From: Lama glama
Taxonomy: Eukaryota
Assembly: GCA_028534125.1 (NCBI GenBank)
Contig: CM052817.1
Coordinates: 54,376,001 to 54,440,000, forward strand
Reading direction: 5' to 3'
Length of the DNA stretch: 64,000 bases
Under the pieces are notes generated by a model that was not told the DNA's origin, made no database searches, and worked only from the letters and a program-made list of their open reading frames with translations. Positions within the stretch are counted from its first letter, which is position 1, and each line of letters starts with the position of its first letter. Positions 53,669 through 64,000 of the stretch are shown in pieces. Both the position numbers and the translations under genes were made by a program.

Positions 53669-54729
53669 ACACAATTTAAATTCACCTGTTTGTCTCATTA
53701 ACTGGTTAATAAGCATTACACAAATCTATGATGAATTCTAATTGCAACACTGGAACATTTCCATGGTCAGCACAGCAGGAACTAACCTCATTATATCTTC
53801 TCATGTATTGTCTGGACGACCCTCCAGAGCTCCCCAGCTCCAATCTAAAGAGCCTCCACCTCCCACAGCACAGAGAGCACAGCCACATGGGCTACTTGAG
53901 CCAGGAGACACAGTGGCTTTCAGGCTAACTTCATTACTGTTGTTTACAACTTCAACTTCTTGGTCTATAAAATGGAGGATCTGGGTGGTAAATACAATAT
54001 TTCATCCAGCTCAAAAAGTACAAGCATTGTATTATGTTAGCAGTAAAGCCTGGGAAGAACAGCTAACACATCTTGCAACTAAAGGGATGAAGGGAGGAAA
54101 AAATATAAAATGTGTATATGGTATAAAAGGGCAGAGAGCAATGGCCTTGAAAAGAAAGAAGGCAGAAGTTCAGGAAACTAAAATAAAGGCAAAGGAGATT
54201 AATTTAAAACTTCCTGTAGGGATTTAACTCACATCACTCCATACACTCAAAACTAAATAGATGACATGGTTCTAAGTGAAAAACGTGTACAGAAGCACTT
54301 AAATAAAACTCAAATAAAAGTAATTTTCATATGCTGAATACAAAATTTTATTATTATAATATTTGGTGATATTTACATTTTCATTGCTGTATTAGAATAA
54401 ACTAGATGGATTTTCTCATCATGGATTTTAGTACTAATTATAAAATAAAGAAATCTGTTTTAAAAGCAGTAATAATAATTACTCGAGCACTTAATTCTGG
54501 AATAGAGCGATATTACAGAACTACTGAGACACCGCCCCAACCCACATTCAAGCTGACACAAAGAACAAACTCACCATGACTGATGACAACCTCAGGTGGG
54601 TGGTGGTGCTGGGGGCAGTTCCACATACGACGTGGACTCCTTTGGTCATATTCTGGAGACTGCCCTGATGAAAGCTGAGGACCTGCCTCTTCACACAGTA
54701 ATTTTAGTGCCTCTGCCTATACTAACAAC

Positions 54730-55140
54730 TGAGTATCTTAGAGCACATGTTCAAGGGTCAGGCGCTGTTCTAAACATGTCTTCAGCCATTTAGTCCACAG
54801 AACAGCTCTGTGAGGCAGCCGCTATCATTAGCCCATTTTCAAGATGAATAAACTTACTTTTCCAAAGTGACGTCGCTAGTAACTGGCAGAACTGGAATTC
54901 AGACCTAAGTGAACAGGCTCTAAAATCGACATTCTCTTTAAATCCAGATAAGACTACATCAGAGTGTGTAATCTAATATATATCACAGTAATTGATCACC
55001 TACCCTGTAACAAGCCTGAGTCTGGTTTCTCCACACTTAATCCTCACACAGTCCCAGCTGGGAGCTGTCAGCATCCTCTCCAAGGTTTTCAGATTAGGAA
55101 ACTGGGGCTCTGGGAGGTAAAGCACTTGCAAAAATTCACA
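54730..55140 (-). mobile_element. Two MIR copies
   Basis: gcccattttcaagatgaataaac...tttccaaagtgac..gctagtaactggcagaactggaattc and cttaatcctcaca...ttttcagattaggaaactggggctctgggaggtaaagcacttgc. Confidence 0.75.
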
Positions 55141-55329
55141 CCTTGGAATTTTCCTCATCTATCTGCCTAGGAACGCTTCTCTCCTTATTCCGAGCTAATG
55201 GTCTCATTCTGGCATTGAAACAGCACAGCGCAGTCATAATTAATCCTCAGTGTTATATGCTCAAATATACTCCTATGCAGGTCCTGTAAACTGCCATGCA
55301 GTATATGAGATTACGGATACCTTTGATTA

Positions 55330-55620
55330 ACTTACGCTTAGCATTTACCATGTACCAGGCAGTGAGACAGCCCCAGAGGATAAAACGAAGGGCACACGTA
55401 CAGTTTGTGGGAAACAAAGCAGGTAGACAGTGACCAGAAGCGCTGAGAACTGCTGCATGCAGCAAACGGAGTGCAGTTGCTAAGGAAATTCAGGAAGGAC
55501 GACCTTATCCAGATTCGGGGGAAGGGGAAGAGGGGGTGACTTCTAATCTGACACTAAACGACACGCCTGAAATTGCCAGGTGAAGAGGGAAGGATGGTGA
55601 GATGGAGGTAAACTACAGTA
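55330..55620 (-). mobile_element. L2 LINE fragment
   Basis: gcatttaccatgtaccaggcagtg...gggggtgacttctaatctgacactaaacg...ccaggtgaagagggaagg...gtattccca, the antisense L2 layout. Confidence 0.6.
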
Positions 55621-56649
55621 TTCCCAAAGAAAGGAAAGGACCAGAGCCTAATTCTGGGAGACTGCTTTTGTGTTTTGTCCCCTCCCAACAACCTCCATAA
55701 AGTATTGCCCTGAGTGAATCACTAGTCAGCTGCTGGCCTCTTCCTGCTTCAAACCCTCTCACCTGGAATCACAGGATGTCTTCCAGCTTCAGTTTCTGCT
55801 CCACCCACCTGCCAGAGGAGACTACAGGCACAACAGCAGCTTCAGTCCACCCACTGGCATCGCACGTATCTCCTTTCATTGCAGCACAGGGTTCATCCGG
55901 CACGCCTGGTCCAGCCCTGCGCACTGCTGAGGCTGTCTTCTCCTAGGGATCCTTCTAACAAGCCTCACTGTCCTGGGCCACTGCATCCAGCTGGGCTGCT
56001 GAGTCGGTTTCCTTGTCCACCGCAATGAATACCAGCGTGGGCTGGCTGCCTGCAGGGGACAGAAGCCTGCCTGGCTGAGCCCAAGCCACACTAGCCCATT
56101 CTTATTGGTGCTTTCCCGCAGGAGACAATTCACTTTTATATAAGACTGAAATCTTTGAGAGTGATCGACAAGCTTGATAAACCTCAAGATATTATTACAC
56201 ATATCAAGACACACATTTCTAATAGGCACACAGTAAATATTTTTGAATGGGTAACTAAAGCTATGTTACTATAAAACTCATGTGACAGGTGGTTCAGATA
56301 AACAGTAAATATGTTATCTGTTGTAAACATAACTGTGCAAATTAAAAAAAAACACAATGGGAGTGAAAAGGTTTAAAAACATTGGGGAAAATATCTCATT
56401 ACACATTCTTAACAACTTACGCAATTAAGCCCACATTACAAATTCAGAAATAAGAAGGGCTGCGATATTTGGAATATATGCAATTTTTGGAAGTTCTACT
56501 AAGTACTGTTGCATTTAACCAAACTAGGGCCAATCCTGATGATCTAAAAGAAATGCAATCCAATACAGTAACAGTAAGGATAACAGCAGAATGGCTACCA
56601 GACACAGAGGATTCACTGTGTGCCAAGAACTGTGCCGAGGGCTTCTGCA

Positions 56650-57125
56650 GACAGGACTAGTGGCCTATCATTCACCCGCCTTTTCCAAAGTAACAGAAAC
56701 TTCATATTGTTTGGAGTAAGAATGTGCTTTTTAAAAAATTACTCGATTCCCCTGAGGCCCTTGTAGCTAGGAGTGGCCCAGCGGCTCACCACTGATGAAA
56801 GACATACAGGCTGAGTGTTTTCTAGGGAGGTTTTCCTCTCCCAATCCTAGTTCCAACACTTTTGCACAACTTTCTCCTCCCTCCCATGGCTGACATGAAC
56901 GCCTGGAATGTAAGGGGCTGAAAGGAAAGCATCCATGGTGGGCCCATGAGAGCCCAAAGGACATCAGAGCAACATGACCGGGCTATAAAGCAGTAGCAGT
57001 ATCAGGTCTGACTGTCATCACCAACCTGCTGCACTAGTTTGGGACTACTCCCCTTTGGAATGATTTTTGCACCAAGAAAGAAGACAAAGCTGTATTTGGT
57101 TAAATCTCTTTAGGCATATTTATCT
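56650..57125 (+). mobile_element. ERVL-MaLR LTR (MLT1J/K-like)
   Basis: gtaacagaaac...aatgtgc..cccttgtagctaggagtggccca...gcctggaatg...tttggttaaatctct. Confidence 0.65.
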
Positions 57126-59169
57126 TCATTATCTCATTTAGATTTTCACTTGGTTGAATTTAGCAATATTCTTATTCGAGGAGCCCAGTAAAATGAAAAT
57201 GCCTCTGTGGCAGCACTGTAACTACTATGGTAGCAAGGGGAAATTTATTAGTCACCATCATCTGACAGCTCTCTTCTCCTCCTGTTGTCATACTGCTTCT
57301 CACTTGTTCCCATCTCTCCACTGCTCTTTATTCTTAAAGTTGCCTGATTATCTGCCATTCTCGGATAAAGCCCTTACATGTTATGATAATCTCTAAATTC
57401 ATTCAAAAGTAAATTAACAAATCTCTTCTTTATCTAAAAGGAAAATAACATATACCAAAATTAAATAATATAACTTTTAATAGTGTAACTTCAAATTCCC
57501 AAGCAATGATACGTTACACTAATTTATCCTCAGTCCTCTCTCAAAATATTATCATATTGTATACGGTGATTTAAAACACTAAAATGATGCCTTCTTTAAA
57601 GAGTTATATTAATATTTATTAAGTCTTCCCTGTGGTCCAAACACTGCACTATGTGATTTAGGTCTCTTATCTCATGAACCTTAACACTACTGATATAAGT
57701 CTACTTAGGATCCCCTATTTGCAAGAGACTCAGGATGTGCCAATATCATATAATTGCTAGAGCCAAAATCTACACTCTAGGCATTCTGATTTCCAGACTT
57801 TACTTAGCCCTCACTTAAACAACAGATGCTGAAATAAGTTCTTTTAAAGTACATTCTGGATTTTTGATTCATAAAGTCATTTGAGTTAGCCTGGCTTTTC
57901 ACACATTTATAAATTAAAATTACCACATGTATGGTTAAAAGAAAAAAATTAAGATAAAAAAAGTCAGATATCCAGTGTCAACCTGAAAATCAAGAAGTCT
58001 AATATGTACATTATAATTCAAATGTAAAAAAAAAAAACCCTGCTACCCAAAAATTCAAGTTTTCTCAAAACATTATGAAATAAATAATGTCTAGATGGGC
58101 TACCAGAGTATTTCTTTTCATTGCCCTATTAAAACTTATTTGGAAGATTTTATTTCAAAAATTTACTATATATACAACTTACGTGGCAGAGGCTGTTTCA
58201 TTACTGCTCACTACCCATAAACAGACAAACAAGGCTTCAATAAGCACAGAAGCAAAGACACAAACACATGAAATACCGTGCATAGTAGGCAGACCGCTAG
58301 TTGTGTGGTATGACTAGGTGACAGGGAGGAACGTTCCAGAAGATTCCCTGAAAAAGCTTAGAGCCTGGGCCTACCACTGGAAGATAACTGAGCAGGCCTC
58401 TCAAGTCCTTGCTTTGCCTCTAGACCAAATCTCCCTCAGGTAAGCAGACACTGATTGTGTACGTGTGCCAGATACCACGCTCCGCTGAAACCCGTAATGA
58501 TAAAGAGCTGAACCTGCCCTCGATGAGCTGACAACCAGTTATCATCGGTTGCCGACAAAGAGGGATTTAATCTATGCTGCAGCATATGATTAGACACACA
58601 GGAAAATTTCCCACATAGCGGGCTGTTAGATATGTTAAGGACTAAGGAAGGCCTTTTACCAAATAATCAAATTTTTCCTCTATCACAGTTTGCTATGCTT
58701 AAATTCCTCTCAGTCCTGTTTTAGTCTGAAACATTTACTTTTTACCACTTACTGTCTTCTACTATAAGAACAGTGGTTTTTATGATTGATGAGATTGATG
58801 AAGTATATAGCTTTTATAGTATGACAGATCTAAAATCAAATTAGGATATTTAACTTGATTCTACAGACACACTGACTCGGAAGTGCAAAATTTATCATGA
58901 TACGGAAAAGATCGTTTAAATGGTGATACAAATAAAATGTTAACATCAGTAACATTTAATGAATTCCTAAAATAATAATGGTATTCCTTTTCTCATATGC
59001 TAGCATTCGAATATGAACTCCAGCATAAGAAAAAAGGAACACCATTATTACAGCATCATGTATTAAAAGAGGCATGACCTGTCATTACTATTTTAAGAAA
59101 GTAAACAATGGCAAAAATTATCAGTCTTACACAATTCCAACTATAACTTAATCGACATTTTAAAACTCT

Positions 59170-59757
59170 CCTAGTACATCAGTGGAAAAACTAATGAAAT
59201 TTGAACAAGATCTGCAACTCAGAATTGAGTAAATGGTATTTTACCAAAGTTAATTTCCAGATGTTCATAACCAAACTAAAGTTACTGCCTTAGTCTGTTT
59301 GGGCTACTATAACAAAATATCAGAGGCTGGGTATCTTATTAATAATAGAAATTTACTTCTCACAGTTCTGGAAGCTGAAAGTCCGCGATCATGGTGCCAC
59401 AGATTCAGTGTTTGGTAGGGTTTCCTGGTTCATAGGTGTCAGTCTTTTCACTGTGCCCCCGCAGGGCAGAAGCGGATGGCTAGGGAGCTCGGTAAGGTCT
59501 CTTTTATAAGAGCACTAATGTCATTCATGAGGGCTCCACCTTCATGACCTAAGACCTCTCAAAGGACTTATCTCCTAATACTGTCACATTGGACATTGGA
59601 ATTTCAACATATAAATTTCAGGGGGACATATTCAGATCGTAACAGTTACATAAGTGGTAACATTAAGGCACGCTGATTAAGAGGTATATGAGAACTCCTC
59701 ACTCTATTTTTATGACTTTCCTCTAAGTTGAAATTGATCCAAAATAAAACATTTAAG
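59170..59757 (+). mobile_element. Old L1M (L1MC/ME-like) 3' end split by an LTR insertion
   Basis: aatggtattttaccaaagttaatttcc...gttac on the left joins ataagtggtaacattaagg..gaggtatatgagaactc..ctattttt..actttcctctaag..aaattgatccaaaataaaa on the right to form a continuous L1M 3'UTR. Confidence 0.8.
59286..59644 (-). mobile_element. MaLR solo LTR (MLT1A/MLT1A0-like), full length, perfect 5-bp TSD
   Basis: tgccttagtctgtttgggctactataacaaaata...atttacttctcacagttctggaagctg...catgagggctccaccttcatgaccta...ttcagatcgtaaca, with TG...CA termini. TSD GTTAC lies at 59281-59285 and 59645-59649. Confidence 0.95.
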
Positions 59758-60217
59758 AAAATTCCCAGTTCTTTTTTTAGAGTAGCTTGCTGAGCAGTCC
59801 AGATGTCACAGAACATCAAATGATGACCATTTTAAATATTCAAAGCTTTAGAATATCAGCATATCACAGCTTCTACTGACTGTGTTTAACAATTAGGGCT
59901 TATTACCCTTTGATTGTTGACAACAGAATGGTTTTACAAAGATAGACCCATGAATGAAAAATGAAAATCGAAGTGCTACATTTGAAAGTGAAAAGGGAAA
60001 CACTGTATTTCATTAGTCATAAAATTCCAAAGCCCAGTCAGCCAAGGCAAGAATTAAAAAAAAAAAAAAACAGATCATTCTTTTCCATTAGGATTGTAAT
60101 ATAATTCTGAAAGATAAGAAACACTTTACAGAAAATATGTGGCCATAAGAAAAGGTTAAAATTCCCTAAGCCATCTTTAGCAGACATCTTTGTAACTGCA
60201 AAACAAAGCTTTAACCC

Positions 60218-60285
60218 TCATTCACTCAATCTGCATTTATGAAGCATGTATTATGTGCCAGGCACTGCATTTCATGCTGAGCTCC
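60218..60285 (-). mobile_element. L2 3'-terminal fragment
   Basis: tcattcactcaat..catttatgaagcatgtattatgtgccaggcactg. Confidence 0.75.
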
Positions 60286-63200
60286 AGAAAACAAAATTGT
60301 AAATAAAAAAGATTTTATGATCATTTAGATACATAACTTGCTTCCAAAGCACAGATTAGTAAAATAATCTAGTTCTAAATATCTTAAACAGGTCAAATAT
60401 GATTTATCAGTAGGATATATTTCCCATTCCTTCTTCATTAAGAGTTTAAATAATCTCTATTTATGAAGATAATGAGGCTCCACTTTCATAAACCTTTTAT
60501 TTATTCTAAGGGTAGTAGACAAGAGTTGGATTTTGTAGAACATCCCTTTTCCATCGTTTTTTTCCAGCTAACACCTACATGTCTCCAGAGTGGGGTGGAA
60601 TTACAACTTCATGCCACAGTCCCACCTGAGCTGTCCCCTCAAGCTGTTTGCTAGGCAAATTGAAGCAGAAGTAGAAAATCCCCCAGGATTTTCACTTCCT
60701 CCTTTTTCCCTTAAAGTGAGATCAGTAAACAAAGGTCAAATACATTCTACTTTATAATTCAAAGATTATTCACCTCAGCAGTGGTATTTGCATTTCATCT
60801 AAGGTCAAGAATCTAAAAAGAGTCCCGTAAAATGAATGGTCTTCTGCTGGCCACTCTACACCAAGATCTCAGCTCTATTAATGACCTTAGAGTTAGAATA
60901 ATCACACATGCACAGAAAACAAGTGGTTTCTGACAACGTAGAAACTAATATGACATTTCAGGAAAAAACAAAGAGAGAGGGAGATTTTTCTTGTCTCCCA
61001 CACTTCAAAATGAAATGATTTATTTACTGTTACAAATTCTAAAGATTCTCTAGTTATAGCTAAAATAAACTCTAAAGTGAACTCGTGGTGTTTTCTTTTA
61101 AAGAAGTGATCATTAATCTCAGCCATTCGGGTAACTTACAGGCTCCGAGACGCCCCTCACCGAGCCAAGGTGATGGGAGCATGGTAATTATAACCGGCTC
61201 AGAAATGACCATGTGTACGCTAATATGTGAACTGAAAAGGAACAACAGAAAACTAAATCTAAGTCTGGCACAGTGACTCACCTGTCACCCACGATGAGTC
61301 ACCATAAATTCTAGATGGTAATTCTTGGGTAGACAAAGACTGGGGATGGGGAGCATTCTGAGAGGCTGTTACAGAAAAATAAGAACTTGAGAGCCTTCAG
61401 CAAAAGAATTCTAAGAACAAAAAGGGAAAAAAGCAATGATGGAAAAGATGTTAAGAGAAAGTAGGGAACGTCACTGGATTTTCACTCTGACCATGGGCCA
61501 GGAAAGAAAAGAGATACATAGGACTGAACCCAAAGAACTTGATGAGCCAAGGTTGTTGCTGAAAGACCAGTTCTGACTGTTGACTGGGGCTCAGAAGAAA
61601 GGGCCTTGCTTCTCTAAGAATGAAGTAAGCTCAGCTCTGGAATTAAACTAGATGTCACTAAACAAACAGGAGGAAGTAAAAACAGAGATGTCTATTAAAC
61701 AGATGCCTGTTAAAATGTATTAATCTATATTTTGCTGAAGTGAACAACAAGGTGGTATTTGCAATTATCTGCACAGATAAACACTGGACTATCTTGCCCT
61801 ATTACTTGATAGTTAAATGACATTATATTGATGTCCTAGGACAACACTGAGGTTGAAGAGGTTAAGGCAGGAAGGATAATGTCCCTGTCAGTATGGAGAT
61901 GGGAAGAGAAGAAAAGGGAAGGGCAGACATTGGCACAGTAGCTATGTAAAGCTGGGCATGTTTCTACATGTAAGACAAGGTTCAGTCTTACATAGCCTTT
62001 CAATCGTGGGGCCATCAACTCCAAGAAGGTGGGTTTGACTGGGAGCTAACCAGCCCACAGTACCACCCAGAAAATGGCACATGTCACAGTATGATGCCAA
62101 AGGAACACGGCTTTTCCAGTTCCCTGGGGTCACTGGATTGCCCTTCTGCTCTACCAGGCAGCTACACTGAAAGCACCAGAGGCCAAATTGCTTAATTCCA
62201 GGAATGGCTTATAACTTTGGGATGAAATGATAAAAATGTCCCCCTCCTTTTGCAAAGGGATACGATACACATAGATTTTAGGCCGTCAGTGAGAGGACTG
62301 GTGAGCAGAGTTAAAGGAGCATGAGAGAAGCACTCTGCCCTCCTCCAGCCTCCGCAACGACTGTGCGCTCAAGCAAGCAGGGGTGGCTGGTGCTCTATGC
62401 AGAAGATGACATTTAATGTGTAGAAAGACTGTCTTTCTTTTATAGATTGTTTCAAGTTCCCTGGCCATACAGAGGCAACAGAAATGGTGAAGTGTCACTA
62501 CCTAGCTGGAGAAGGCAGTGGGTTGGTACCTCCACACCCTTGGAGTCGACGCTTCCCTGCACAGGTACCCTGCCAAGGATTCCCAATTGTCGATGAGCCC
62601 AGGGGTGCACACAAGTTAGCCAAGCCGCTGAGCCTGGACCGCGTCTGCCAAGGATTCAAAGAGATGCCCTCAAACGAGCAGCTGGGTGCTCATTTCTACA
62701 CCTCCAGATGACCACTACGAACTGTTAAACCTCTCCTCATACATTTTAAACACCACCATTTCCTAGGCATACACATTTTATACACTATTACACTAGGCAT
62801 ACCTTAAAAAAAAGTAACACTTTTCTTTACTTCCTCCAGAGAAAATCTGGAAGACTCAGTCCAATTTTTCTTTTCTTTTTTTTTTTTTTGGCCTTCAGTT
62901 AAAAAAAAAATTACAAACATACAGGACTTTAGTAAGAAGCAATAAATCTTTCACTGAGGAACTTTCATTTGTGTATCAAAATAAATTCATACATTTCAAG
63001 TTTCTGGCCACTACTATATCAAAATTGTAACCAGTCTTAAAAGAATAAAGAGTGGCTTCCACATTCATGTAGCATACTTTCTAATGTCAGTAAACACCTG
63101 AGTAGAGGCACCTAAACACACCTGAGATACGAGTAAGTCCACCGCAAAGCTTATAGCTAAGGAAAATAAACACCTTTAAAGCTTTCTGAAAGCTGGAAGA

Positions 63201-64000
63201 AAGAGCAATGATAAATTTACATCAGGAAGGAAATTTACAAAGGAAATTTACATCAGATCTGTCTTTGCGACCCCACTCAGGTACACACAAAGATCCTTTC
63301 TGGAAATAAAAAAAAATAAAGTATGATTTTTAAACTTTATTCCAAAAATAAGTTCTAACTTACCAATATATAAATTTTATGAGTAGAAAATGTATTTAAA
63401 GGACGCATCAAGAATTTCAAGTGAAAGAAAGGTTAACAAACATAAAGACACTTACCTAGTACTCTGTGAACTCACATTTCTGAATGTAATATTTGGAGAC
63501 TTCCACAAATAACACTTTTCAAGTCTGGGACCTTTTCATATTTTGCCCTTGGGAGCTGATCACTTGCTTCTAGGTTGTCATTTCTATTGTGCTTCCAAAG
63601 GCACAGGGAAGACAGAAACTAGGCAATGTAAGAAAGACAAGGCGACTCCAAACCACCTACCTCTTCTGCCCAAACAATCACTAGGTCACAAACACTCAGA
63701 CACACACCCTCAGCACAGAGGAAAAAAAATAAAAACAAAATACAGGTTGTTACCCCATAGTGTGTAGGCAAAACACCCACAATGTTGACACATAAATCTG
63801 AAACCCAAGTATAGGCATATGACTGACACCATCACTCACCAATCTAGTTCTACATGTACATTCAAAACCACTGTGTTCCAGGAGATCTTAAGAGAATTGT
63901 TTTATTTCTCTTGCATCAAGTCACAGGAAGACCAATGAGAAACCCATAAAAGGACAATTTTGCTTCACTTTCTTCTTGCTGTTCATGTTGTACAAAGTAT

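Noticed and set aside
53742..54227. 161-aa plus-strand ORF
   Set aside because: It overlaps a MIR-like fragment and A-rich low-complexity sequence, with no recognised homology.
54575..54682. Minus-strand donor ATG|GTGAGT with open frames upstream
   Set aside because: There is no proper polypyrimidine tract at the nearest AGs and I do not recognise the peptides.
56904..56915. TGGAATGTAAGG, matching the 5' part of miR-206
   Set aside because: The match ends after 12 nt, there is no hairpin partner, and it lies inside an MLT1 LTR.
63456..63620. Minus-strand exon-like segment (donors TAG|GTAAGT and AAT|GTGAGT)
   Set aside because: The peptide HNRNDNLEASDQLPRAKYEKVPDL is unrecognised and cannot be distinguished from an intronic pseudo-exon without RNA data.
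1..64000. CRISPR arrays, operons, rRNA/snoRNA/miRNA genes, CpG island, processed pseudogene, NUMT or a novel multi-gene system
   Set aside because: None was seen by eye. The sequence is CpG-poor mammalian non-coding DNA with no repeat-spacer array or long coding-like segment. A covariance-model (Rfam) search would be needed to exclude small RNAs.

Overview
This is AT-rich mammalian genomic DNA, almost certainly camelid (alpaca/llama/camel), based on a camelid Vic-1-type tRNA-derived SINE and young cetartiodactyl-type L1 3' ends. I could not assign any protein-coding exon to a known gene. The six-frame ORFs look like chance ORFs, assembly-gap read-through or decayed retroelement frames. The window is probably the inside of a large intron or 5' region of a minus-strand gene. 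The hints are that A-runs outnumber T-runs on +, all four young L1s lie on +, and several good minus-strand splice signals occur at 2.7-18.6 kb. The host gene remains unidentified. Supported content is mostly a layered repeat record: four 5'-truncated L1s with target-site duplications (TSDs), one SINE with a TSD, an ERV1-type solo LTR, four MaLR LTRs (one nested in an old L1), ancient CR1/L3 ORF2 relics, L2, MIR, hAT DNA-transposon pieces and microsatellites. A 500-N gap has flanks that overlap by 24 bp and is probably spurious. I found no support for a previously undescribed biological system. The best leads are candidate alternative first or UTR exons and motif-dense candidate enhancers. Repeat family names come from recalled consensus sequences, and boundaries of old repeats are approximate.
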